64,000 nt of DNA from Tubulanus polymorphus (lineage: Eukaryota > Animalia > Nemertea). How positions within the stretch are numbered: the first letter of the stretch is position 1; each line of letters begins with the position of its first letter. Both the position numbers and the translations under genes were made by a program. The stretch lies in contig NC_134031.1 in NCBI RefSeq assembly GCF_964204645.1, positions 15,549,807 to 15,613,806 on the forward strand, given 5' to 3'. Positions 39,106-53,301 of this stretch are shown here, in pieces. The notes beneath the pieces were generated by a model. The model saw only the letters and a program-made list of their open reading frames with translations, was not told the DNA's origin and made no database searches.

Positions 39106-42100
39106 GTTAACTTCCCAAATCTAAATTCAATCTTACCACAGTAAAGAGTACATTGGGCGGGGTGCTTCATTCGCCCTTGCATTACTCAGTAATCTCAGTT
39201 TGAGAGTGCAACATGCAGCGCGAAGGTTCAGCGTCCTAATGTGTTCTTTTATATTCATAGTCACAAAGGGAGAAATTTTTACGATTCAATTTTACTTAAG
39301 AACAAGAAAACCAAATATACAGTTTATTTATGCCTAGAAAAATAAAACATATATTGATTGATTTTGTCGAAAATAAACCATGTATTAAAGATTACGTGAT
39401 AATAAAGATCAATAAAGTTATTTTGGATTTGAATATTAATGATTGAATTGAGTTGACCGGCAACCAGTCTAGCCCCGATGTGCACATCCTGTCAAAAATA
39501 TTTATCAAAATATATCAGAAATGAAATAATATTTATGAAATATATCGAATACAAAACAAACGCCAAACACAATTATAATTGGTATTTTTAAACGCCAATA
39601 TCGATGACGTAGTGCACATCGACTCATACACAACCCTTTAAATAACGCATAGGTATCGATGTATATGAACATAATTGTTATCGGTTTTTAGGGCATCAAA
39701 ATGTTGGTCTGAGAGTGCGGATGAGCGAAGCCTCACTTGCCACAGAAATAGAATCCTCGATTACCACACTTACATTACCTCGACAACTCACAAATACAAA
39801 CACAATACTATGAATTTCGTATGTATCATGTCTATTCAAGTTGACGCCTAATTACTCGTTTGTTGTTCATTGTTTGTTGGTTAGTTTCAACGCGCACAAG
39901 TTCCAGGCACATCAAAAACCGAAACTCGCTTACCACCATCGCTCATTCCCGCCACCGGGCATTCAGTCACGTGCGAGGTGTCGTTTTTTTCAGTTTATTT
40001 CATTCATTGAAATCTACTCCCGACGATAGCGCGCAGTCGCGGAGTCGAATTACAATTGCGTTGAACATTAGTTTTTAGCGGAAAAGTGACATTACTCGGT
40101 CGACGCCCTGCCTAATAGATCCGATTTCTGCGCCTAACAAATGTTTGCTTTCCAGGATCTGGTTCCCACTTTAAAAGCGGTATTTTTCTCTTCTATTTCA
40201 CTACATGCATCGGTGAAGTTATTTGCTTCGGTTTATTTCGGATAAGATTTCTGCGCCTGATGGTAAGATTACAAAGTATTAAGTGACAATAAGCGCCTCA
40301 GATGTCTTGAGGCCTGAAATGCCGTATGAGAACACGGTAAACAGAACAATGTCAGCCTTTCAGTAATTCTTAGCTGCTCCCAAACTTTAGAAATATTTCT
40401 ATCGGGCATTCGCACGGAGATGTTGTATCTCGCGTGTAAACCTGACCCGAACCACAGACCACTCTTGTCATATTTGGTGTCGACTATAGGCACGGACTCA
40501 TTTTGCACCATAAACTGTAATGCCTGGGCCTTATCTGGAAAAATTAACCCGCGCAGAAAAAACACTCGTGCGATCGCGAATAGGCCGCATTGGATGTAAT
40601 TCTCATATGGCAGATGGCAGCAGTTTCTTCATGCCCCTGACGGTGGACGGCTATCATCTGCTAGCGGAAACGGTGTAACATTTAACAGCTGTACATATCA
40701 CAGGAAATTAACGATTATTGAACCCAGAAGTGAAACGTTTAACGGCAATCAATAGTATTAACGATATTGCGGATATATATCGTTCTGCTTATAATGGCGC
40801 CATCAATGAATGACTATTCGCCATGCTTTCGGCTATGACTGGCACTTAAGTAGAAAAAAAATGATCTTCTTTATTCAAGTGAAAATTGGGCCGTAATAGT
40901 ATAAGCCAATTCCTAGCTCAGAGGATCCGGGTAATTCGGAAAACCGAGGTCCAGAGGAAAAGAAAAGTATTTTTCAGATAAAGCAGCCATTTAATAAGCT
41001 CCTATTTATTGGCTCCCACCCTCATTATTAGATACTTTTGAAGAAATACATCCTGATATTTGCAATTTCGAAAAGGATTGAAGTGTCAGATTTGCGGATT
41101 TCAATGATCTTTGACTTAATGAAGAGGGCACCTTCGATTGGAAGGCAGGGATAGCCTATGTAGCTAAGAAGCCTATTGCTGTGTGTAGCTCGTGGCCCTT
41201 TTGAACACGTGATTTTAGAATAATATTTTAACGCTGTGGCGTTGATTAAACTCATTTCGCAGTCGGTGTCAACTCCTTAGTAGCATAGCGGTATAGTTCA
41301 TGTTGCTATCAAAGGTCACCGGATACTGTCAAGTAAATGTCACCTTACGCCAATAAAAGCAAAGTCTGATGTGCAGATGAAAGTCTTCGGCAAACAGCGC
41401 GCAAAGATGAACAGAGCGCATCTTTAGGCGCGATATAATTTTTTCTTTGAAGCTGCTCAATCGTCTTGGCTGTCGACGAACAACGTCGCAAAAAAACAAT
41501 AGCAACCATGAATTATTTTCAAGTCTATCGAATATCGCTGTTTAATTCCCTCGCGTGCCGCAGGTGCCGAGAAGTAATAAGCGACGAATACGGCTCGATT
41601 ACGCTGGCACAGTAGTGCAAATACGTTTTCGGGCAGGAAAGTGACTTCCAATTCCCGAGGTATGTCATAAAATACGTTCGTGGTTTATGAAAGGTAAAGG
41701 CATACGGTATTCTAGATATACGTCCGCTTGAGTTAGGATCAAAAACTGAAACGTTATTGCAAAAATGGAAAATATCATTTTATGAAATTTCGGCGTTGTA
41801 TAGGGGCTTTTTATCATATTGTAGATTTGAGCTAAATCCACATGATAACACTTCTCAAACAAGTCCTTCGGGTTACACGGAAACGATTCACTGGGTTCAC
41901 AATGTCATGACGAACCAATGTGGTTTCAATCGTATTCTCTAGCCTTCGGTTGAACTCCTGTATGAAAATGAAAGGCTGCATCAAAGCGACTCGCTTAATG
42001 ACTATCTCGATGCAAATACGCCGAGACAGTTAATCCAAAAGGCATTGAATTTACAAAACTAAACGAGCTTTAAACTTCTGATGTTACACCGCCTCCAGGT

Positions 42101-42256
42101 GCACCAGCTTGCTAAATACACATGAAACCCGTTTGCATAATCGACTACAGTGTGACAGAAAACGTGGATATTCAAATTGAGTATAAAGCAACAAAATATG
42201 AAATGAGGTATTATATACTGAAAAAAAGAGGATAAGTTTGAATTGAGTGAACTTAC

Positions 42257-42504
42257 TCGCTATCGTCGGTTTCGTCGACAACGGGCACCGCACTCATCTT
42301 ACGGAAGAATCTCGGTGACCGAGGCGTCCGGGGTGACCTTGGTGACCTTGGTGACGGAGATCTACTTCCGTCTCCTTCGCTTCCGTAGCCGGCCATCGGC
42401 AGTACGCCTAAAAACATCGACTCCTTCACCATCGATTCCAAACTACCGGTCTCGTGAAAGGTTTTCGCTTTTGGCATGTTTAGTTTCTCGCGTATCTTTT
42501 CCAT
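42257..42504 (-). CDS. First coding exon of a large multi-promoter gene (S/P/R-rich N-terminus; possibly a long AMPK gamma/SNF4Agamma-like isoform)
   Basis: Exon 42563-42257 lies between tgtttcag| and GA|GTAAGT. The ATG at 42504 follows an in-frame TGA. It reads MEKIREKLNMPKAKTFHE...SPSPRSPRSPRTPRSPRFFRKMSAVPVVDETDDS. The identity is inference only. Confidence 0.72.
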
Positions 42505-42752
42505 CTCTTCTCACGCGCCAGAAATGAACATCTTCAAGCGGCTTCGAAGCCTCAATCTACGGACTGAAACAATAAAGCAAAACTGCAATTTCACTTTCTT
42601 CCTGCGAAGGTATGGCCAAAAATCTATCGATGGCGCCGACACGAGAACCGTCCGCCGTGTCAGACAATAACGGCTTAAGACTTATCTACACGATTTATGT
42701 GTATCCCGAGTCGATCTGAAGACAAACGGCACATTAACAGTAGAGCTCTTAC

Positions 42753-42836
42753 CTCGTCCACTAACGGGTACTTCTGGTCGATAAGCCCGGTCTGTTATGA
42801 ATAAGAAAATGACCAATGTATGATAAGTTTATATAG
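42753..42836 (-). promoter_or_regulatory. TATA-box promoter and short non-coding first exon
   Basis: CTATATAAA at 42836-42828 next to a (GA)n tract; Inr-like TCATTT/TTATTC 25-33 nt downstream; donor GAG|GTAAGA at 42753, 189 nt upstream of the 42563 acceptor. Confidence 0.6.
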
Positions 42837-43713
42837 TCTCTCTCTCTCCCCCTCTCGGCGGTATAATAGCGCGCTGGTTTTTTAACTGATGGCCGAGTCG
42901 TTAAGATATCTTTCGCTTAGTTTCAACGTCACGCTGTTGCGTACAGAAGCGTAAAACGCTCTTGCGCCAAGAACACAGCGTCGTTATCCTAATTCCGGGA
43001 TTAGAGAAGTGCCGTTAATCCCTTGTCAGATGCAGCAGGGGTTTATCGGAGCGACTGTTTTGATGTTTTTCTCCCTTCCGATAAACGTGTACGGTTCCGT
43101 TACTGTCGAAAACAACAACAAGAAAAAATACGAACCGTATCAAAGAAAACCGTGATCGGAAATGGTAATTACAAAGGGTTTTGTGCGATGTTGTTGGCCG
43201 TGGTACGATCGCGAAACGGTTGGCCCCCGCCTATCATAACCGGTCAGTTCGAAAGGTCTTTCTCTCATCTCTTTCGCGGGATCTACTTCCTAAATTGGTT
43301 ATTTCAGAGATATAAATCGTATACAATATGATCAAAGCAATTGCCAAAAGCTTTGACATCTGAGTTTCGATGGATACTAAGAAGATCGCTTCGGAGTTGC
43401 AATTGATCTCGGTGATGGTTGGTTTTTTTTCTATCAGATCAAAGCCGCTTTTTCATTTACACGAAATTGCATAAAAAGCTATGTACGTAATATATAGATG
43501 TTTACGCGTGAAGTCGTAAGGATATAGAGTAAGTTCTATTTCGGGTTGAGACGGAAAGCCCCTAGTTGATTGTAGACCCATTCATATGACTCCCACTGAA
43601 TCCCCTTAATCTGACATCATCAAATTGCCTAGTATACTGATGAGATTCTTTTTTGGAAAAATTTCGAATTTAGTCGAGCAAAAATGTCGATCGTAAAAGA
43701 CCGACGGACTTAC

Positions 43714-43790
43714 CTTTCACAAAGCGTAATTCACAATCGGGTTCTTCACTCGCCAAGATGCGTTACCAGTTTCCAGCGGCGACTAAATGT
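43714..43790 (-). other. Candidate alternative non-coding 5' exon
   Basis: Consensus donor AAG|GTAAGT at 43714 with an Inr-like TTAGTC about 75 nt upstream. Confidence 0.3.
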
Positions 43791-46700
43791 AACGCTTTCG
43801 TAGCTCTGTTTTCATTTACATCAACACGAAGTGTGATCTGTTGATATTCGCACTTATCGCGATGCGGTTATTATGCAAAACAGCGTTATTTACGTCATAC
43901 GAGATGTAATACTTTAAAGAATATGAACGTTCGTTACAGCGGTAGAAAAATATACGTAATATTGCGATTGCCGTTATTCAATTTTAAATGCAAAAAATAA
44001 GTTCCGATAATATATGTATATAAGCTTTTTTCGATCGAGTATACAGTATCAATAAAACTTTGTGCGATTGAAATAGTTACTCATGCTACGTAGTAATATG
44101 ATTATAAATGGTTCGCTCGCTTGTGAGGAGTCGATGTGCGATATGACAACACGATAAGTCAAGATCAAAGTTGCATATAGGATGGTTATACAGATATATA
44201 TATATATATTATGATATTCGTATGACGTATATTCGTAATTCAACAGCGAAATCTAAAGTTCATAGGTTTCCCGCCTGCAGTGTTGCCTGTAATACGGAAG
44301 AGCAGGCACATAGCGAAACGTCCCAGCAACAGCGAAACAATAATTTTGTGCGATGCGTCGGAAACGAATTTCCATCGATACTGACGACTATAATCGGACT
44401 GCGACGGGTCTCTCGTTTAGCAGTATTCAAGACCAGTAGATTATAAAAGTACAACACACGCGTATACACATTACAAAATCCGATTTACAGATGTGGAATG
44501 AGCAGCGATTCCTGATTCCTATACGCGAAGCATTTTTGACGCGCGCGGTAGAATCCCCGATTGTCAAATATGTCGTTTTACTCGAACGCAGCAATCCCGG
44601 TGAGTGTCGCCCGCGTTGATGTTCGTTGCACTGCAGTCGATCTGAAAAATAACAAAAACGAAAGAACTGTATAAACGAAAACAAAGGATCGATCGGTGAA
44701 GTGTCTAGGCACCGTTCTGTCACAGAGCCGGGTGTCACTAAATACCGCGTCGAAATATCGCCGCAAACGACTACGACGCTATACCGTTCATCTTTCTCTC
44801 TGTGAACGAGCTGATTTGCCGCGGTTTATTATCAGATTAAGCATCAATTTAGTCCGTGTTTTCTTCTATAGTATTCCCTGGCGGACGTTTCTTAGCCGAA
44901 AATAGAAAAATTCCTCGAAAATTTAGGGCTGAAACAATAGCGCGAAGTATTCGATTACGACGATCGGAAGCGACGGTTGTTTGCTCGTCACAAAACTGTT
45001 TTCATTAGCCTTCGGGGAGCGCATGCGAATGACATATATATCGGCCGAATTGGCGAATGGGCTAATCGATCCCGTGAAGACTGATTAGACCTCGAGGACC
45101 ACTGGCAATCAGGCAAACAGTTCCGTACATAAAATTACTTCTCCCACAGTGACATTTCACGCGCCTAAAGCGACGACCGAGGCCAATTTCTCGTCTTGAG
45201 ATGCGTGCGTGTTAGGCAGATTTATGGGCGCTTCTTGCCAATTGACTCCGTCTAACATAAACCAGTTTTATAAGCGATCGCGGCCAGCAACCGAGGAGCG
45301 CGCGTCTAGCTATCACGAAATTGCATTTTCCATTTAACATCTTTCCAAGTTCTCTTTTCTGGCACGTTTCGCCTTGTTTGGTAAGTGTTAATCGATGCGA
45401 AACACGCCATTCGGAATTTAATGTATGTTTCAAATTCATCGGCTTTCGCTAGATAAAGAGCAATAATGCGTATTGAATAGATTATACGACTGCCCTGGCA
45501 AATTGGCAGTAGCAATCTATCATCTACCGGAAAACATAATTTTGCTCACGGGGAAGAGGGGGATAGAACTTTGTTTATCGCTCTATGCTTCGAAATAGTA
45601 TATGAACTTTTGCGACCTCCTTGAGGCGGTGAAGTTTTGCCCGCGCGCGTGCACACTATATTCCGGCACTCGGCAACGGCCACGGCGCCAACCGTCATGC
45701 GTGCTGCATTATCATCATTACGCCGCGTGAAACGTCGACGCTGATATGAACATTAAACGATGATGAATTCCCGCAAATTCGTGTTGTCGTTTCGGATCAA
45801 GGAAGAGCGATCGGACTGAAGCGCGCGTGGGCGAAACCGCTGCTGTTGGTTTTTGATGCGTTGTTGGTGATGAGCATGCAATACCCATTATATACCCGGC
45901 CGCGAACCCGCATAATGATTATTACTGATGTAAAACGGCGAACTCTCTCCTAATCTGCCCACGGAGTCCATATATATGACACTTCTAATTGATACCACTT
46001 CACTTATATTAACTGCGACGGTTGCCTGATGGGTTTCAGTTTATAACTGAAGTTCCATCTCTTAGAAGCGGCGACGTTAAGATATTTAATTCGACTATTG
46101 GAACGAAGAAAAATAAACAGACGAATTTTCGGAATTTCCGATAATATACAGTTCTATATCGGGGCAGAATTCGCGCAATTTTAGTATCTCCGTTAGGTGG
46201 TTGTCAAGGAAACAACGGTATCCATATCCAAATGGCTTGTGAAAAAATTCCGTTGTTTATATGCGGCCCCGTTTCTGGGTATTATCGGTCGCAACGTAAC
46301 TCCGTATCAAACTTAGCGCTAACATCATCCTTTATTGAAGGTTATTTGGTAGCTCGATGTATAGCTGTAATTTGTGTCTATTTCTAAATTAAAAAGCTCC
46401 CCGTTGATTCAATCAGTTTCCAGTAGCTGGAAATCAATTTCTTATACGTTTTTTGAAGTAATTTTCCGTTGTAATATTTGCGTCGGTTTTTATGTACCCG
46501 TCTCTGTCATTGTTTGCGCAGGTTATTATTAAATTCATTAAACGAGGACACTTGATGCCGACTGATTGCGCTTTTGGAAATTAACGTTTCTTATATCAAG
46601 GGATATTCTTACGATCGCAGAAAAGAAGATAGTCGTCATTTTGTAGTAAGAGGAAACCGACGCAGCCGTATTCTTGGAAACCGTTTCAATTATAGCAAAG

Positions 46701-47298
46701 ATGAAAACCCTGGATAATACCGTCTGTCGGTTCGACGCAGGGGGCATGAAATCCGACGAAATTGGTGTCTCAAAAACTTTATTTCGCGTAGCAAATTTCG
46801 AATATCGAATTTCCACTTGTATTGCCGCGAGCTTGTTTAGCGGCAAATGTGATGATTTGTTAATCAAACCGAGTTAATGAATAGGTCGTCATTTATACGA
46901 TTCTTTTCATCCGTGATTTCTTTATTCTTCAGATGACGAAATGAAGCCACTTCAAAACCAGGAATAACTTTACAAGCTTTGCACCATGGGAAATCGTTGC
47001 TCAAAAAAGTTGGTTAGAGTTAACATAGGGATACTTGCCATGGTGTCAATTAAAAGTTCATTGCTAATTCATCACCAGATATCTTTAAACAACTTTTGAG
47101 CTATACTGACCCAGGATTTGGAGAATGGGATTATGAGAGCCCAGCATTTATTTCTTCACGATTTTAGCCGATCTAGTTCGTGGCGCTCTGTACTACACGA
47201 AAGAACTCGCGATACTCAACACGTCTGGCACTTGGGTTCTCGGTGAACACGGCTAGGAATATTTCTTTTGTCATAATTTTTTTTATGCAGGTTTTTGA

Positions 47299-47665
47299 AA
47301 GGCATGAAACATCCTTCAAGTCGTGCCAGCCAGAAAGTTGGGACAGTCACGTGACTTAACGCTTCTTATTTGACTGAATGCGAACCTGAAGCATCTAAGA
47401 TGGAAACTATGACACGAAAAATATTTGAGAATAACTTACATTCGAATGTAATTTTTGTCTATGAATTATATATTTGATCATAATTTATTCTTTATAAGTT
47501 ATTATTTCATATGAATCATAATCTGACAATTGATATCGGTCTGTGAATATGTTAACTTTTCATGTTAAAGTTTTAAATGTGATGACATCATCAGCATGTC
47601 ACGTGACTGTCCCAACTTTCTGGCTGAAAATTTAAGTACAGCGGAGGCCTGACGTTTCATCCCTT
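47299..47665. mobile_element. TIR element with a perfect 29-bp subterminal inverted repeat
   Basis: CAGCCAGAAAGTTGGGACAGTCACGTGAC at 47327-47355 and its exact reverse complement at 47598-47626; outer pair AAGGCATGAAACATC and GACGTTTCATCCCTT. Confidence 0.75.
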
Positions 47666-48507
47666 GTAATTTTATATAGAGCGTCCCGACCGTCTGATAA
47701 TGATCCTTAACGACCAATTTTTTATCGGAACTTTATAGCGTATAAATAAACAATATAAACACAAGGTATTTCCGTGATATATTGTGAATTTATTTGCAGT
47801 TCATATTTAGCGCCATTCTCGTGAGATTATCAACAACCCGGAAATCGAATCCAAGCCCATCGCCAAACCCCTGTGGTTTTTGCGAAATTTTTGTGATGAT
47901 GCTCGGTACAAGTTCAGGATCGTGGTATTTCAACTTTAAGGCAGACTATGTAAGTGAATATAGCTAAGTTGATCCGCAATTTGTAACAAGTTAATTCAAT
48001 ACATGCACGACATATCGTCAAATGGATGTCACTCACAGTGAGCTGGTGCCGGTATGCTTATGAGTTATAAGATTGTTATATAATGATATTTCCTTATTAG
48101 GCAAAGCAGCACGACAAATTGGTATAGAAGCCGACCACGCGGGCAAGCCGTAAGCGATAGCTAACGTTGGACAGTAAGATAACTAAATTAATTCACATCA
48201 CGTTATACTAGTCGTGGAAGAACCGGCTACAGATATACCAGAAGACTAGTATCGGTTCTATACGTATGTGACAGTCATAAGAAATTGAGCAAATATAGTT
48301 CGTATACACGACAAGTACAATATCCGTGACGGTTTTCTACGGCCATGTGTTTTGCTGTTGCTGTTTGGGCGATTAAAGATGATATCTCGACGATCACCAT
48401 TGATAAAACACTATATCCGCATTTGAGACAGCGAAAATCTCGCAATAAAGACGAGAAAATGATAAAGCCCGACAAAATGTTTCCTTGAGCAGGTAGTTTT
48501 TACAACA

Positions 48508-48665
48508 CGTTTCGACTATTAACTAATAGTCATCTTCAGGAATACTGAATATTGAATTCGGTATTCCTGAAGATAACTTATAGTTTTTAGTCGAAACGTT
48601 GAATAAACTACTAAATCTAGAAAACATTTTCGGGCTTTCGTTATCTTGGTGCGGGATTCTATTCA
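48508..48665. mobile_element. Divergent pair of family A hammerhead/PLE-end motifs
   Basis: Plus strand: GTATTC-CTGAAGA...AGTC-GAAA-CGTT-GAATA (48561-48605). Minus strand: GTATTC-CTGAAGA-T-GACTATT-agtt-AATAGTC-GAAA-CGTG (from 48545 down to about 48506). Confidence 0.7.
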
Positions 48666-49464
48666 TATTATCCTGACGATATCCGAATGAGGGAATTAGC
48701 CAAATTCTGGAATTCAACTTTTCCGTACAGGGGCTGGTACTGAAAATGCTGCCATTTCCCAGCGCAGCATACAAATAAGGTTCGCGCTAAACTACAATTA
48801 TGAAAACACAGATTTATCGTTTTTAACAGATTTTGGATTGCGAAATTCGTCGCGTATTTTGCAGGTCCATTTCGATTTTGCAGCGGCTGGTCTTCTGTAT
48901 ACGACACTAACCAGGATTGAGCGGTCGTTAAACCCGGGATATTTAATGAATTAGCGTCTAATCAATGATGTCTTCTCTCAAGATCGCGTTATGGTAGCCG
49001 CACCGATCGCACCCGAGAAATGAGAATCGTTTAAACAGTAGTGCATCGTATTTACACAGTCAGAAATTTGCCGATGCTTCCGTAGATGGACTTATTATAG
49101 GCTCTCGCTAAATGGCTAAAATGCTTGAAGGACGCATAACGACTGACGATGGATAAACTTATCGGATTTCAGGTGCGTCTATTTCGACAACTGAACCTCG
49201 GTTTAATGCGAGTTGAATCATCGATTTGAGATCTCTCGAAAAGGATCCACTGAGAAAAGTGAGACACAATGGCCGGGATATCGTTCTCTCCCGCTCCAGG
49301 GTTTATCCTGTTGGGGCAGAGTTTTTTTTTTAGGCCGACGGTTCTTCTATTGTCTCGTCCCTATCATACGAGACCAGGGTCCCAGTTTCACGAAAACGTT
49401 TAACCCAAATTGTTGGTATAATTTCTGTAATTGGTTTCTTCATTTTTTCAATGAGGACAACAAT

Positions 49465-49697
49465 TCAAACTTTACCGATTTAAACTTAACTGCTTCAAAC
49501 TTAACTGCTTCAAACTTAACTGCTTCAAACTTAACTGATTTAAGCTTTACTGCTTCAAACTTATCTAATTTAAGCTTTACTGCTTCAACTGTAACTGCCT
49601 CAAACTTAAATGATTTAAGCATAACTGCTTCAAACTTAACTGATTTAAGCTTAACTGATTCAAACTTCACTGATTTAAGCTTAAGATTTAACTGATT
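49465..49697 (+). repeat. 15-bp minisatellite (AACTTAACTGCTTCA-like), about 15 units
   Basis: Degenerate 15-bp period; follows a MITE-like end GGGTCCCAGTTTCACGAAA at about 49377. Confidence 0.9.
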
Positions 49698-52600
49698 CGG
49701 AACTGCACAACAGGAAATAATATCGGTGGGTTGGAGTATGTTCATATAACAAAATGAAAGTTTTGTCTTTGGATTGGTTGGGTAGGCTATATATGAATAT
49801 GCTGTACGTGATGAAGTCTAGGCATTATGACTCGTGGTGACCATAAACACGATATGAAATATTCATTCGTTGACTTTATATGATAGCACTTTCTGGCAGC
49901 CCTTCAAGTACGATCGTCTGACCAACTTAATACAAAGGACCAGTATCACTTCCGAGCAAGTGATACTTAGACAATACAGAGTTGAATTATGTAACTGAAT
50001 ATCTAATGACTAACAGGAGTTCGTCTGATGTGTCCGTAAGAAACCCTAATACAAAGAACACGGCAGATCATCGGAATCGACAGCTCACGCCTGAGTAGCT
50101 CGGTCGGCTGCGATCATCAAACGGAGTCGTCTGCATATCCCCTTTCTCCAAAATAAAAGGAAGACGTTTTGTCTCGCTTGAAGATCGAGATTTTTTCCTA
50201 GATGTTATCGACGTAGCAGACCCGAGGATGACGATAATGAACGTTATTATCGGGGCTCGGATAAAAAGAATCGTTTGTGTTTTGTTTCTATTGCTATTCA
50301 ATGGCTTCACTGGTCCTATGCTGATTTCATTAGCAGACACCGCCGCGGGCGTAGATATCTGTATTTAGAGGTAAACATTATGATAAACAACATCAAAATA
50401 TCCAGATGAAATTAGTAAAACGAAATGAATTTACATATCTGTTAATATATAAATGAAATGCAAAAGGGTCTAGGGTCAGATAGACGTATGCCGGGCAGCT
50501 GCGGAAAAAGCCAAAAATGCTACTAAGGAAGCATTGCGTATTGGCACAAAATGAATACAAAAAGATGACTGCGCATTGGCTGCTTACAGAGAATGGAAAA
50601 TAAGATTAATGATACACAAAAATTTAATTTGTCATTTGGGCAGTTTTCGATTGGTGTTTGCCGATTCCAGAATTCTCTTCTGGCGTGTTCGTTTTGACCA
50701 GAATGCGCTCTACCTATTCCGAAATAGCATAACCTGCCGAAACCTGACAGAAGCATCCGCTAGAGAGTTGTTATTATCAGTTTTCATTCCTATTAAACCT
50801 TGCTTTAATCATTAATTGGCATTTTGCCATACATATATGTCACAATACCATATTATTCATTTCGCGTGACAAGGACAAAGAACGTATTTCGATTTCTTTT
50901 TAACAAATCTGTGACATTTCCGATGCTATTTTTACTAGTATATCTTTGATCGTATGGTCGTACTATATCTGTCTACGATGTTTATTATATACCATTGTCT
51001 GCGCCATTGCGGATATATGCGGTAGTGTGGTCGCCGAGAGGGTTTCGGCGCGTGCGCAGCGATCGATGCGATGTTGTTACGGTAGACACGTTGCTCTTTA
51101 GACGCGAAGTAATAATAACATCCTAGGGGCATTTCCGTATCCGCGCCCGACAACTCGGGGCGTTCTCCACACCGTACAAATATCAAGTTCCGTCGATGCG
51201 TTTCTATTAGTTCGCATTACCGGCCGCGTAGACATCGCCTCGAGAACAACCTCGTCACGCGCATGCGCAAGCAATCTGCCCTTATCAGAATACATATAAC
51301 GCGACGCAAAAAAAAACGGAGTTTGTTTTTCTTGTTAATTTGCAAAGTACGATTTCGCCACGTCAATGACTGATATTCACTGGTTCCTATTCCTATTTAG
51401 CCCCTTCTCATTTTACCACTTATTTCATTTCCATTTCGCCCCTTTCCCTTCCCCGTTCCAAATGTGTCCCTTTCCCATTTTGCCCCCACCCTTCATTTTA
51501 CCTTTTCTCAAATTTCCCATTTGGCTAATCCCATTACTATGCAATTGTCTAGTCATGAACGGGGATGTTCGTCGTCAAAAAGGTGGATTCGAATTCAAAT
51601 CCAGGAAATAATCTTTGTAGATAAGCTTAGATAAACAGGGTCATCACGAGGTTCTGCATTGATGGATCGAACCACGGATGATGGATACCCATAAAACAAC
51701 TAAATATTTAAAAAATGTTTAAAAGCATTACTAAATATACCATCCATCGCATTTCGTTTCGCATACGATTTTACGACGAACAGGAGATATCGTCGTCGGT
51801 GGTATCGTTTCTATCGTTCCCTCGAAATAAAAGTAAATCGTAGTCGACGTCCGTTAATTATTTCCTATAGCTACGGTAAGTGGCATTTTCTGCTGAAATT
51901 GGCTATCATAAGAGACGCACAATCGTCGGTGACGACAGCACCGTGTGCTGCGCGATGCGTGTGTGTGTTGTGGAGATGAGAAAATAATCAAGTCGTTGTC
52001 GTTTGTCTATTCCGTCTCCATTCATGGTCAATTGAGAGCTGCTCCGGTGATATCTATTCGCCTTTCGGAACAAAGCTAATTTCAATTCGTAATGGATTCG
52101 ATAGACATCAATTTATTCCATTCGCCGATATAGCGTTTAACATTCAATATGATTGCCGTTGAAACAACCAGGCTTTGTAGCGTAGGCGGAGGCGGCGTTG
52201 GTCGCAGCCGTTGAGGCAATAATCGAAATTGCTTATTTCGTATTTATTTGATTCGTTATAAATTCGCTTTCAGAAACGGCGAGTACAACGGCTGAATTAT
52301 AGATGGATAGATATGCGTGAGTTAACATGGCGTGAACCCGAGTTACACACGCGTACACTGCACTTTCGTCGGAAAGTGCCTAGAAATCAGCTACGCTACA
52401 TTAAAATTGATGGAACTCGTCGTAGTGTATTATCGAAGCTCCTTTAAGTCGGTTAAGACCTGTTAAGCTGCGATCTTAATCACACTGTCGTCGGGTATTA
52501 AAGGCCTGCTGGAGTCGGAAGCCTCCCTCATTACGCGTTCGAACTAGAATTTTCATCATTTCTCGCTCGCGAAAAACGACGTCGACATTTTTAAACAGTA

Positions 52601-53190
52601 CCGACTTAAAACACGATTATGAGTTCATAAAGTCAACGTTAAGACGAATAGTATTTTGAATGTTGACTAGATTCATTCGTAGCACGAGCTTTCGCTAATA
52701 TAGTATACTAGCAGGATAGCCATCTTCGTTGGTTGGTGGGATGATATAAACATCATGAACTTCCTCACTGGTCAGGCTATAGGCTAGTTCACTAATTTCC
52801 TCATAGAGGGAGACAACTTCCAAAATGACTGATGATGTTTTGTATTAGTTACGATTTTCTTTTACTAAATATATTGCCTCCTTGTTATTATTCACATTTT
52901 AAACTATAACGTAGGCTAAAAACCTGTCCAGGGTTATTTAGTACTGAGAAATTGCCACATCAACATGAAACACCCCACCCAATAACCTCCATAAAACCTC
53001 GAACCCATTTATATAGTTATCTAGATACTCTTCGTAAGATTACATAAGAGTTTATTCATGTATTGTCATCTCTACAAGTAAAGCCAGCCTATAAAAAAGC
53101 TTATACTAGACACAAACTTTGATTCATAATTTTCACGGAAGATTATCGGGTATATTAGTTCACAGAGGTTGAAATCACGTATAATGACCT

Positions 53191-53301
53191 GGGCCCGGTT
53201 TTATAGAACGGTATTACCTTTAACCCGGGGGCTAACTTTATTCATTTTCAATCAAGTTAGCCCTCGGGTTAAAGGTAAAACCAGTCTATAAAATCGGCCC
53301 C
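53191..53301. mobile_element. Palindromic MITE (GGGCCCGGTTTTATAG TIR family)
   Basis: Nearly fully self-complementary; a second copy lies at 2778-2869. Confidence 0.8.

Noticed and set aside
49213-49745. ORFs with (NLTAS)n and (KFEAV)n repeats
   Set aside because: Translation of a 15-bp minisatellite that is open on both strands; no splice or domain support.
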